A DNA stretch of 64,000 nt from Epiperipatus broadwayi (Eukaryota; Animalia; Onychophora): assembly GCA_028023455.1 (NCBI GenBank), contig JAQFVV010000008.1:7378001-7442000 (forward strand). The letters run 5' to 3'. Positions within the stretch are counted from its first letter, which is position 1. Each line of letters begins with the position of its first letter. Below the pieces are notes generated by a model. The model saw only the letters and a list, made by a program, of their open reading frames with translations, ran no database searches and was not told the DNA's origin. Made by a program: the position numbers and the translations under genes. Below are positions 26,552-39,599 of the stretch, piece after piece.

Positions 26552-28039
26552 GTAGGTTTTTGTTTTCATGTGCATATGTACTATGTATCTATGTATGAAA
26601 ACATTTATTCCGTTTATTTACTAAATAATTCATTCTAGCTGAAAATATACATACATAATTTTTATATTGACTGATGAAGAAGATTGTAAATGTCTACAAT
26701 CTTTTAGGTTAATTATTTTTAAATATACTTTTTAAGTGATTATTTAATTTATTTTAATTAAAATTAAATTCTTACATTAAAAAAAAAGTATATTTATTAT
26801 AGGTGTTTTATTATTATTATCATCTGAAAGGGATTTTCATAAAGCAAATTTGAAATCACTTTGGAATATTGTAGTCAGTAACACAAAATGCTTTTCCATT
26901 CTAAACTGAAATTGTTTTATATGAAATAAGGGAAAAATATTAGAATAATTTGTAAAATTTTAAAAATTATAGATTATCTGATGTTATAATCACTGAATGT
27001 CTATTTATTTTCTTTTTGCTTGATGTAAATTGCAGAATTAGTTGTTGATCATAAGTCATTATTATCATTTTTTTTTGCATGAAAATACGATAATCGTAAA
27101 TTAGATATATTAATACAGATAAAAATTGTTAACAGTTAAATGATTTAATGTTTTTTTTTATATATAGTAAAAAATAACAATTATTATGATAAAAATAACA
27201 ACTTAAAACTGCCTCTAATGACAGTATTTTAAAAGTTACGATATAAATAAGATTAATGACTTTTTTTTAATAGTAATAATGATTTAAAAAATGTCATTTT
27301 TATTAAGGAAAATGAATAAGAAAAGAATGTGCAATATTTATTTTTATTTGATACAATGAGAAATTAAGTGTAAGCTCATTTGTCTGCCTTTCAAAACTGA
27401 ATTAAATTAATTTGATTTAGTAATTTGTTTTAAGATTAATTTATATAAGGTTCCAATGTTTTATTTCTTAATCAAATTTGTCTTATTGAATGCTTCAATT
27501 CATGCTTTTTAATTATCAGTAATCTTTCAAATCATGATGTAGATTTGTTTACAATCTAGGAATTCGTTTAAATGCTATGGAAAGATATTTTTCACAATGC
27601 TATACACTTAAAATTAAATTTCAACTTTTGAATATGTATTTAGTCTTTATCTACATTGGTTTTGCAAAAACGAATTTATTTTTTCTAAAAAAGTATTGAA
27701 ATGATTGTTTTTTTTCCTTTTTCCAGAAAAAAAAAAAAAAGAATTAAATTACATGTATAATATATATTGTAACTGTATGAAGTCACCGGAATGAACCTGG
27801 AGTGATGGAACTCATTATCAATCGCAAGTCAAAATATAAAATTTAAATATAAAATTAAAGGAAATGAATAAAATGAGCAATGAATATGAGGAGCAGCACA
27901 GACTTTAACTGTAAATACAAGTTCACCAGCATTACCCAAAAGCAACAACCATTTATCATCATAAGTGACCAACAATAAAAATAAATCAACAGTCAATCTT
28001 GTGACTGGATTTGAAATGGGTTGACTATAGCCCTTGCAA

Positions 28040-29050
28040 GCTTGGGGAAGATTATTTAGACATTAATTTGGATGCACAAACTTAAGTAGTAATCCATCAG
28101 AATATAACACTAAAAAATGCTGGATGCTAAAACATGCTGATCATCATCAATGCTCTAATTATTTAGTATCATTGATGTACTGGCCAACTATAAACTTAAT
28201 TTTTAATAAATATTAAAGTAAATAAAATGTAGTGGGCACGGACTTGAAAGGATATCCCTTTACGCCAATCCAAGATCATCATCAACTGGATGTCCGCAAA
28301 CACTAAATATAATCCTTTTATATAATAGTCCATTGTGCACAAATCTAGTTCAGAAACAAAAACTCTATAACTGTTATTGTGAACAAGAGATATAATACAA
28401 CATATAATAATTTATAATTCACTAGAATAACTTTAAACAATAAAATACAAATTTATTAATACCAGTTAAATTAAATTAAAGTCTGCTGAATATGACTATA
28501 TATTTAAATTAAGCCTTCTTATCTTGATTAATATCAAAAAGAAATTCACTATTACATTGTAATTTACATATATGTTTTAATAGGTTTACATAAAACATCT
28601 ATATATCAGTTCACAGACATGGGTATAATAATTTATGAACATATTTGAATTGTCATAAACCTATAGATGAAATTCATTTTTATAGTTATAATGACTGATT
28701 TAGCATATATGTGTCTACATGACACTCATCTACATAAGCACACAGATGTGCTGTAACAGGGAATTGTCATCTGATCATAAAAAAAAAGCTATCACAAATT
28801 TAATGATACATAAATAATGACTGATTTAACATATGTCTGTGTGCATGGAAATGTGAGCACACACTAGCATTTATAAAAAAATAAACCTAATAAACCATAT
28901 TATATTTTCTTAATACATAATTAATTCAATGTCAAAAAAAACAAATGCATACATATATAAGCACATAGATGTGTAGTATTGTAATTTACAAACATCAATT
29001 CATTTTTAATAATATATAAATGCACATGTAAGGATGTATATATATATAAA
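28040..29050 (+). repeat. Interspersed repeat family 3, about 1 kb, with satellite-like subrepeats at one end
   Basis: Collinear with the reverse complement of 39600-40585 (e.g. TTTGGATGCACAAACTTAAG, TGATCATCATCAATGCTCTA, TACTGGC..ACTATAAACTTAAT); strand arbitrary. Confidence 0.75.
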
Positions 29051-30964
29051 TAATAGAATGAATCAGAGTTATTAATTCATTCTTTATCTAATGATAAAAA
29101 AAAAGTTTTTATTTTTATTTTTTTTTAAAAAATATATTCTTCACAGTCCATAATTTTTTAAAAAAATAATATTACATCTTTCATAGGTTCCTCTTGATTA
29201 ATTATAAATGTCTTTTAAAAAAATACTCCAGCAAGTTTTTTTTTTCTAATCTAGAAAGACTTTTGTATTTTGCCATTATTAATAAAATATACTGGAAATG
29301 CATCTTACTTTTTGTTAACTAAAGTTATTTATTTAAAAAAAATTTGTAATTTAAAAAGTTACAACTCATTTTCACTAAAGAAATTTAGAATAACTCACCA
29401 GCTGTACTTTATATATATGATGCAGTACCCCCTATGCCCCTTTACATACAGATAAAACAGTAGCTGTATAAACCAATTCTTCAGCAAACTGATAGACCTT
29501 CTAACCAGTAGACTGGCTTTTTGTTATTATCAGAAAAGATATTGTCCAGTAACTGTTGGCCTGCAATGAGTTAAGCTCCCTTCAGTCTTTATGCTGTCTA
29601 ATACACGCACATATATTTGGACTATGGAGAACATACAAAAGTGGGGTCTTGTGTCCATGTAAATCCAAACTACTGTTGTTGCAGTAGTAGCAGCAACTGG
29701 ATTCACCATCTTGCCTTCCATTATTTCTTCATGGTAGTATTCATCTTGTTGACTTCATTTGTAAAAATGTAAAAAAAAAAAACCCTAGTCTTTTTTCCAA
29801 TCTTTTTATAGTCACAGTGAAAAAAAAAAATACAGTAATTAAAAGTAAATTTTCTTTATCTTGAGTGAAAAAAGTTAATGATTCTTTTCAATCTACTTAA
29901 TCCTTTGAAAAACAACTTTATGAAATTTGCTAATCAAAATAGATAGTGGAATTTTATAATTGCCAATATATCTATTGTAACATAAAAATATGCTTGTTGT
30001 AATTTCAAAATCAGAATTAATAAAATATTGGACTTTTATAAAAATTTTAATTTATAATAAATTCAGAATTATTTAATCCTTAACTATTATTTCAGTGTAA
30101 TGTACAAAATATCTACAAAAATTTTGTTTTTTATTTCTACTTTTTCTTTCAGTTGTATATATATATATATATATATGCATATCCACTACTATGTTGTTAT
30201 ATGCCATGAGACACAAACCATCTCAATATATATTGAATTTATTTTGTTATTTAAGATAAAAAGTTAATAAATGAATAGAACAAATTATTAAAGAAATGTA
30301 GTCAGGAATTACTGCAACATGCTAATAGCAAGGAATCTTCAGAATTCAAACTCAAAAACAAGTAATTAAAAATTTTCAAGAAAATATTACTGTGATTCAT
30401 CTCAATCATATACATGGACAACAACAGAACTGTACAAAAATTTAAAAAAAATCTATTTGTAAATGAAATTAAATTTTAAAAGATATGGAACTAGATTGAA
30501 ATGAAATCATGACAAGACAATGGTCTTTTACTCAATGTTTATCCCACTTTATATCAAAATCAAGCCAATCATTGTAACAACTGGAACAATAAAAATAGCC
30601 AAGTGAAATAATATTCACTATAATTAATGAACTTCTAAAGATATTATTTTTTCACATATGTCTGATGAACAATCAGAATTTATATCTAGAAGAGACAACA
30701 AAATTAGATATTAAAATTTTTTCAGGTAATTGAAAAAATTAAAAAATATTATGTCAAAATATATGTACTTTTTGAACTGAAGAAATGTTTCTAATAATAA
30801 AAAAATAGAGAAACTATAGGAGGTATACACTTAGTCATGGAAGACATCTTTATGTCTGGTATAACTAATCCAAACTCTTTATGAATGTAATTCTGTGAAA
30901 ATTAAAATAAAATTTTATCAACTGAATTTAAGAGGCAGGCCAGTATTAGAGATGAATATATGTA

Positions 30965-32164
30965 CATCTGGATCTCATTTTATGCGGATTTTTTTAATGC
31001 GATTTTGAAGTTATTTGATTCATGTTTCTTCTTAATATGTTTTTATGCAGGTTTTCTTTTATGTGATAAAGAAGTTCATATTTCATTATATTTATTAGAT
31101 ATCAAGAAATTTAAATTATTTTGACTTGAAATACTTTTTTTTTTTTTCAAAAGTATAATGTTATATTAGCAGCTAACGTGAATATGGCCTGAAACTATTT
31201 AAAATCTTAGCTTCTACATAAATAATCTATTTATACTTATGATTAAATAATAATAATAGATTTATACTTACAAGTATAAAAATATCGCAATAAATATTCA
31301 AAAATTTTAAACTTTTAAAACATATTTTGTTAGATATAACAGAAGCAAATATTCTTTTAGATTTTTAAAAATAATCAGAAATAACGAAGATTTTTTTGAT
31401 TTTGTAAACTGAAAATAACACCAAATAATTTTTCTAATGATAATGTATAATCTTTTTGTTTTGATTGCAAATATAGAAACAAAATGTGAACATTTAAAAT
31501 TTATTTCAGTAGTAAACAAAAATATCTATCAAATGAAGACAAATTTATTATTTTCTGATAAGTAATAATCATTTAATAATAGATTTTACTTTGATGTTTG
31601 AGACAAAGAAAAACCTCAGAAAATGCTGAAATTTGAGAGAGTTTGCTGCAATGAACAACCTCTTAAAATCCAGAGAGCTAAATAGTTGTATGTCTGGATA
31701 TCGCGAGCTTTATAAACAATTAGTAAAATCATCGTCTCAAAGTTTAATCACTGATTACATGGTCGACAGAAAACCATTAACACAGCACAAGACTGAAGGT
31801 GGCACTAGTTGAATTTCCTTTTGTGATGAATCTGATTTCTTACCAATTCACAAACAAAATGCATATTGTCAAATAGCGATAATGATTAAAATATGTATGA
31901 AAAAATGTAAAATGAAATAGTGTAGTTAAGTTTGTCTTGTATCAATTTTTTCAAATATTTGAAATTTTTTATTAGTCATTATTTCCTTATTTTTTTTATG
32001 TGAATTTTTAAGTAATTTTGCCTTGTTGCTTTGCTTTTATGCGATTTCTGAAAATTACAGAATATATCCCCCATTTTTTAAGATAAGTTAAGTCTATTTT
32101 TGCAATTTTTTTTAATGTGGATTTTCTGCGGAACCTATCTACTGCATAAAATGGGACCCAGGTG
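30965..32164 (+). mobile_element. Non-autonomous pogo/Tigger-like DNA transposon
   Basis: 23-bp TIRs (CATCTGGATCTCATTTTATGCGG vs CACCTGGGTCCCATTTTATGCAG, 4 mismatches); TA on both sides; internal relic YRELYKQLVKSSSQSLITDYM resembles pogo transposase C-termini. Confidence 0.8.
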
Positions 32165-33513
32165 TATATATATTTAATGAATAGCAATAGGTGAGAGGTA
32201 CAAATAATTTAAGCTACAGTGGTGACTTTTCATCTTGACTGCTGATGAGAACAAACTAACAAATATCTTGGAGAAGCTATCAAAGGAAAGTCAAATGTAT
32301 GCTTTTGAAATAATTACCTTAAAAACTAAAGCTATGATTATAAATTATGTCAATAACATTTATTAAATATGATCTGCTTTCATATGGGATCATACATGCT
32401 TGCCAATTAATTATATTTGGAATTTTTTGTATCCCATTCCATTTTAGTGACTTTGACTAAGATTATTTCTGCTAAAATTATATCTATAAGACTTATTTGA
32501 ATCTTGATATCCCTTTGAGAACCTTTTTACATACAATCATGGCATCTTCAACATTTATTTTTAGGTTATAGCTATTTGCTTCCTCTGACTTGCCTCCTGA
32601 ATGTATTTATAATGTGATATTTATGAATAATACTGTTCTTCATTTTTAATAATTGCCTTTTTGTTATAAAAATTATTATCACATTCTCCATACCTTTGTT
32701 TCATATTAATATTTGTAATTCTAAATTTTTTGTTGTATATTAAGCTTTTTGCCTAAAAACAAGTTGAGTAACTCAGCCAAGTGATAACACTTAATCATTA
32801 TTGGTTGTAGTTTGCTATTGCTCGAAACATTCTACACATAATATATTCACTTCACATATAAACAAATTGTTCTTAACATAAAATTATTATATATATTTTA
32901 ATAAAAAAGTCATTCAATACGCAAAAGAAATATTGGTATAAAACTTATTTTATCTGGTTTATCAAAATTGATTGTGGTAGCAAAAATTAATGTTATTTTT
33001 TTTTTATCAGACTATCTTATGTTTTTCAGTGCAATTTTTTTTTCAAAATACTGATAATTATGTTTCATATTCTCTTAATTCTTGTACTTATTTTCATTCT
33101 AACAAAATTTTTATCTTGCGAACAAACTTTTTCATTCTCATTATCACTTTTTTTTTTATATATATATATTAATGTTAAAATTTGTGAGTAAATAAATAAT
33201 CTTTTGTTATTATTAATCAGTACTCTGTTGACGTAAGAAGCTTGTCATCATACTTCCATTAATTTAATTATTTATAAAATAGATTTTTAAATTACATTTA
33301 ATTTTTATATGCTACATGTTATCCAATACACTATTTACTTTTTTTAATGTTACCTTTTTTTAAAACTTAATATTAAATTATTGTTACAGATTTGTGATTT
33401 GTTTCTTAATATATATTTAAAAGGATTTGAACTCAGTCTTTCACACTCTCCACAACTATCCAGTCCATCTTATAAAACTGATACACATGACCACATACTT
33501 GTGAAAAAGATCA

Positions 33514-33572
33514 ATGATCTTCAATATACGTATTTTATGCTGAACCAACACTCATCATTTGTTCCAGATCAC
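33514..33572 (-). ncRNA. Decayed type I hammerhead motif, family 2, left arm
   Basis: Minus strand reads GATCTGGAACAA-ATGATGA-GTGTTG GTT CAGCAT-AAAAT-ACGT-ATA-TTGAAGATC. Confidence 0.55.
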
Positions 33573-34367
33573 TATCTCCCACACATATATACAATCACTG
33601 CTCAGATTAGACTATATTAAGATAGAAAATCTTCAAACTTTAATAGACAAGCTTTAATCTTTCTCCACTCTCCAACTTTTCATCTATTCATATCATTGAA
33701 AATCTGAGGATGAAATGCTCAGAGCCTTTGTTAATGCCAATATTATTATCATACCCATGTTAATGCTAAGTCAGTCTGACCCCTCATACCCAGGATTTTA
33801 ATATGTCCATATGATTATACAGAAGAGGGATGGGCAGAATACAGTTTGAATATGTAATATTTAAGTACATGTATATTGTATACTTAAATACATGTATATT
33901 GTATATACTAAATTTAATGTAATTAGTGCTAGTTCAGCATGAAACATATATCGGAGATCATTGTTTTCACATGTATGTGGTCATGGGTATCAGTTGTATA
34001 AAGTGGATTGGATATTTCGAGGAGTTTGGTCTGAGTTCAAGTCCTTATAATTACATTAGGTTTAGTATAGGCAATATACATGTATTTAAATATTACATAT
34101 TCAGCCTGTATTCTGCCCATCCCTCTTCTGTATAATTAAATGGACATATTAAGGTCCTATGTGTGAGGGGATTAGATTAACTTAAGGTCAACATGGATAT
34201 ATTAGCATCAACAAGGGCTCTGAACCTTTCATTTTCGGATTTTCAAAGATATGGATGGTTGAAAAGTTGGAAAGTGGAGAAGATTGAAGCTTGTCCATTA
34301 AAGTTTGAAGATTTGCTATGTTAATATAAACTGAGCAGTGATTGTATATATATATGTGGGAGATGGT

Positions 34368-34421
34368 GATCTGGACCAACAGATGAGTGCTGATTCAGCA
34401 CAAAATCATATACTGGAGATC
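34368..34421 (+). ncRNA. Decayed type I hammerhead motif, family 2, right arm
   Basis: GATCTGGACCAA-CAGATGA-GTGCTG ATT CAGCAC-AAAAT-CAT-ATA-CTGGAGATC; perfect 6-bp stem II. Confidence 0.58.
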
Positions 34422-34581
34422 ATTGATCTTTTTCACATATATGTGTGGTCATATGTATCAGTTGTATAAGATGGATTGGATAGCTATGGTGAGTTTGAAG
34501 GTCTGAGTTCAAGTTCTTATAATTACATTGTTTAATATAGACAATATATATATGTATTTAAATATTATATATATATTATAG

Positions 34582-34657
34582 ATTTATGTAAGAAAACTTT
34601 TGAAGATGCAGATGATATGACAGAAGAAGATATTGAATCTGAATTAGCTATTATCAG
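34582..34657 (+). CDS. SRP72: SRP72 exon 7 (DLCKKTFEDADDMTEEDIESELAIIR)
   Basis: ttatag acceptor, gttatg donor; phase 1 in, phase 2 out; EEDxxxELAII motif. Confidence 0.93.
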
Positions 34658-34760
34658 GTTATGTATATAAATATACATTTTGTACTTGTATATATGTATA
34701 TTTGATTGTTTATTTAATTATTTATTTGCTAGCATAGAGATAGTATGTAATTTTGACAGC

Positions 34761-34847
34761 AAGGATTTTTCATCCTAACCAAGAAGACATCATTGAGATA
34801 TTGTTAAAACAATATATATAACCAATGTGTTAGGATGAAAAATCTTT
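34761..34847. repeat. Small inverted repeat / MITE-like relic
   Basis: AAGGATTTTTCATCCTAAC pairs with GTTAGGATGAAAAATCTTT (18/19). Confidence 0.65.
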
Positions 34848-37396
34848 ACTGCTTAAATTACATTTAATTTTTGTAAATATTAGCATTTTACTGAGATTTC
34901 GACTGGAACCACAAGTCATCTGCCAGGTTATAGAAATTATTCAGGGATGTTGTAAAGAGGCCGGAAATCAAGAAACGTTTCTTTTACTATTCAGAAGATG
35001 CCTGATGAGATACAGTTGAAATGTCGATTTAGTGTAATATTAAAAATGAACAAATTTATACACAGTTGAAGCCAAAATATTTATTCACATTACTTTAATA
35101 TATATATTGTAGTGGAAATATGTGTGAATTGCTGGCTAATTATTGTCTCAAGTTGAGTTTCAGTTTATATAAGGAAGATAATGTACTGTACTCTTACCTA
35201 TGCATTGGAAATCCAATTTATATGACAAATGTAATCAATAAAGCCATATGGTGTTATGATGATGCTTCAAATTGGGAATCAATATGTAATGAAAATATAT
35301 GTCATGTATCCAACAGTGATTAAATTAAATAATTATCACCACCAAGCTTCATTTTGATTTGCCAAATTTATGTAATATGAAACAGATAATTTATTTTTCC
35401 AATCTTGGTAGAGATAATGTCTGTTTCTGTTTTAGAACTATGATGATGAATTACAGTTTTATTTATTTAGGGACACCAATAAAATAATGCTACTGATGAA
35501 TTTAGTAAGCAATCACCCAAGCAAACACATATATACTCCAAATCATCATTGCTAAGTACAGCATAAAAACATGAAATTGTCATTATCATTGATATAATAA
35601 AAATTTTGGATTGTAGATAACAAAGAAGTATGTCAAAGAATAAAATTATTTAATAAATAATAACAAATGATATTGTTGCATAAATTAAATTAATATTTAT
35701 ACAATTATTTTATGATAGAAAATAATATTATATCAACAATAAATTAAAGATGGTATTGTTATTAGAATTTCTTTGCAAAAACAGATTTTTATTTATTAAT
35801 TGACTGCTATAAGAATTAGCCAAACTTTTTATATTAATCTAGATATTTAAACTTAGAAATATTAAATAAAACTTCTTTGGGAATAATAATCTGGTACAAA
35901 TATGTTTTATCAAAGTACAAAATAATTTTGATAAATATTATTTCAGAAAATAATAATCAAAGGATAAAACAAAATTAATATTGTAATTGATATAAGAAAT
36001 CTTTAAGACAGAATATAAAATAAATAGTTTGTATCGTATTCAGAATTTAAATAAAATAATTTTGTACATACTTTTGCTCAGTAATGAAATTTTCATGAAT
36101 GAATATGTATTTATAAAAATTCTCCTTCCTTGTTTGTTTTTTTGTTTTAGTGATAAGTTCATATTATTCAGAAGTCTTAACAGAAGTAGTGAACAAGAAT
36201 TCTTTCTATTAATTAAGTGTCCAAGAAAGTTTTGTGAGACTTTTAGTTTAAAATGGAGATGATAACTTTTGTTGAATTCTGTGCAGCTTTTAATTTAAAA
36301 TTAGTTGATAACTTTTGAAGAAGTTAAATGCAACTTTCTGTTTCACTATCAAGATGAAAATTTTGATGGATCAATCATCAAAGAGAAAGAATAATGAATC
36401 AATCCAAAGTGAGTTCTAATGAGACAAATGTCATATCAATATTTATATAACAGGTAGTGATAATAACTGTGAGGTTTTCAGCATAAACTTATGGTTTGGT
36501 GATTTTTATGATGTGCTGAAATTCTGAATATTTAATTTAAAAATTGACTGAAGAACTATTTATATAATTAGACTTGTTTATGAAAAAGCAGCAAGATTTT
36601 GATATCTGTTCATCTATTTGTTATAACATATTAGAGTGTATTTCATAAACAATTAATTTAGGAATTTTATAAACATCTAAATTAATTAAAGATAATCTTG
36701 ATAATTATGTCTAAAGTTTAACAGATCCTGTTTATAAATGGGTGTCCTGTTTACAAAACAAATTTACAAGAATAAACAAGAATCTTAATCTTATTATAAG
36801 TTCTACAATAATTAGTATATTTGTTTTAAAGTAAATATAAAACTGCATAAATTTTTAAGTTAAAAAAAAAGTAATATAGTTCAGCTTCATGTGTATATTA
36901 TTGTTACTATTTATCTATATATCATTCCATTATTATATGTAATCAAGTTATTTAATTTAAATATCATTACATGAGACCAAATCATCTCAGTACGTACATA
37001 CATATATATATATTAACAAAATTGATTCTTTGAAATACAAATGTTAAATGAAAGTTAAAGTCAAATATATAATTTTCCCTCCCCATTGGAATTTATTATA
37101 GTAATTTTTACTATATTTTTTTTTATATAAAATTTTAAAATAATATCTTATATATTATTGTTCTAATAATATTTAATATTAAATAGTAATAGATCTAAAT
37201 AGATATGTGTATTTGTTTTATAATTCTTAATAATGGATGAATATTAAATAGGTAATAAGTGTCATATTGTTTTTTTATTAAATTTCATTTTTTTTTTTTT
37301 TTAAATATAATTTTTGTTTAAAATGAAATATAAAAACATTTTGAACTAAGCAAACAAATCTTTATAAAAATGGCTTTTTAATTTTGTCTTTTGTAG

Positions 37397-37477
37397 GGTT
37401 CAACTTGGTTATGCTTTACAGATACAGGGAAAAGTGGAAGAAGCTATGAAATTGTATAGTCATATAATAAAATTACG
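37397..37477 (+). CDS. SRP72: SRP72 exon 8 (VQLGYALQIQGKVEEAMKLYSHIIKLR)
   Basis: ttttgtag acceptor, gtcagt donor; Q.xY.LQ.QG..EEA..LY motif. Confidence 0.94.
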
Positions 37478-39599
37478 GTCAGTAGAACTTCATTTTTAAA
37501 AAAACAAATATTTAATTTTTTTCTTATTCATTTTTTCCTTATGGTAGATAATATTCAAAACAAAAACAATTTGATGTAAAATATTATGATTAGAATGAAA
37601 ATGTATTAGGAATCAATCTGTAACATTAAAATCTAGAATTACAATGAAATTGGAATATATGCTATATCAATTTATTCTACTTCAATTATACACTATCCAA
37701 ATAAAAATAAAAACATTGAAATTTATATGAATTTTATGATGTGGTAACAATCATTTTTATGTCACAAAGCACTGTATGTGATTACATTTATTAATCTATA
37801 TTTGCTACATCCGGTATGTGATACCACTATAAATTTTTATATGTCTTAATTTCATAGAATTTTTAAAATTGAACTCATGTCCATCTGAGTACTTTCCTAG
37901 GTATGTCTATTTTAAAAAATCAAATTAGTTAGAATTTAGTTCACATAGTATATATTTTATGCCTGGGGGGAGGTTAGCAGAATCATATTGTCTATAGTCT
38001 AAACGTATGTAAATTTTCTTCACTGTTTGCAATTTTTTTTTTTTGTTGCAATTAGTGGCAAAATAATAAAAAGGAATTTATTTCATTATAATAACTGATT
38101 GTAGAAAGCAATCAACTAATTCCAGTTAGAAGTTATTCTAAACAAAAGTAACTGGTTGGGTTACATGGTACACAGCAACATAGTTATGTGTATGTGCACG
38201 TGTATATATATATAAAGTAAAGGAAAAGTAGAAATAAACACAGACAAAAATTTTAGTAGATATTTTCTACTTTCCTAGAATAAAATAATCATAGTAAAAG
38301 AATTAAATAATTCTGGATTTAAAATAATATTTTATTATAAATAAACATTTTAAAAACGTCTAAGTAAATATTGATATTTTTATTCTGATTTTGAATTTAA
38401 AAACAAGCATGATTTATTTTTGAAAAATCTTTTAATTAATGCTTGTGCACAGTTCTCTATTTAAGTAAAAACATGTAGATGACCCTTTAGTAGAAATCTA
38501 AAAGTAGCTTTTGATTAAAATTATTTTTAATCAAGATAAGGATTAGACAGAAAAAACTATTTTCAATTAAGATGTTTTTATCACCTCAGATGACTTATAA
38601 AAAAGACTGATAAAAATATCAGTTCAGTTTGGTTTTAATATTTTTGAGAAGTTGGCCAACTGCAAAGTTGGTTATAATATTTTGTTGCAGCTTGTTGAAG
38701 TTTGCAACAGTTGGTTTTAGTTCGCCAGAGTAGCATTTGTTTCTGTGAAATGACCACGGAATAATGCAAAGAGGGCAAGGACAGAAGCAGCAATCTACTG
38801 GTTTTACTATGCTGGAGTTGATTCACATGAAGTCCAGGTTAACTTCTAATGACTTTAGCATTCTTAGATGTATTCTGGAAGACAGCTTGTCTGAGGTATG
38901 CCAATCCTGGACAGAAGAGAACCAATCAAGGCCAACAAATTACCTGAATTATACCTCTGTCAATTATGACAATCCTGAACTATACTTTTCTGATGATGAT
39001 ACTTACCCATCAGCTTGCCAAAGAATTAGTAGATATATACTGTTGTGTATACATGCAAGGAACCACAGACAAAAACATTGTGTCATATATATATAACATG
39101 AGTTGTTTTAAATAATTCATTTTTAAAAATGACATTCTAAAATGTGATATGCATAATATAGAACGATTTTGTTTAAAGTCATTTGTTGAAAAAATAAAAT
39201 GATATTTTGATACTTATATATATAATTAAAAGCAACCTATGGTCATGAAACATATATAGAAGAATATTATTTTAAAATCTGTTTTTTTTTAAAAATAAAT
39301 TAAAAAGTAAAGGATTAATAGATGATTCTATAATCTAAATTTAAAGTCGTTGATAATTAATTAACAAGTACCTGTCAAACAAAAATTGACTTTATATTTT
39401 TAAAAGGAAAAAAAAAATGATAATACTTTTTTTTAAAGAAAATTAAAAGTAAAAAAAAGAACTTATAAACAGCTATTTTTTTTAAAAAAGGAAGAAAAGA
39501 AACTGTAATCATTAACGATAGAATTTGATAACTAATTTTAAATTATATCTATAGTTTATTAATACACATGTGTATGTGTGAATTTAATTTATTTTAATC

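Larger units (their letters stand above)
33397..34575. mobile_element. Fold-back insertion of retrozyme-like family 2 (about 460-nt monomer with type I hammerhead motif)
   Basis: Minus-sense copy to 33925 joined to a plus-sense copy from 33926; GGAGATCATTG recurs at 33953 and 34415 (period 462); imperfect 13-bp direct repeat at the flanks. Confidence 0.8.

Noticed and set aside
26670-26715. CTGATGA followed by a 9-bp hairpin
   Set aside because: No GAAA or cleavage triplet; isolated CTGATGA matches (also at about 70, 30663, 32244, 35492, 38985) are expected by chance
29530-29721. 63-aa minus-strand ORF in a GC-richer patch
   Set aside because: No recognisable domain or splice sites; probably an old transposon relic
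38635-39096. 110-aa ORF 38764-39096 in a GC-richer patch
   Set aside because: No recognisable family; stops in neighbouring frames; likely an unclassified decayed element
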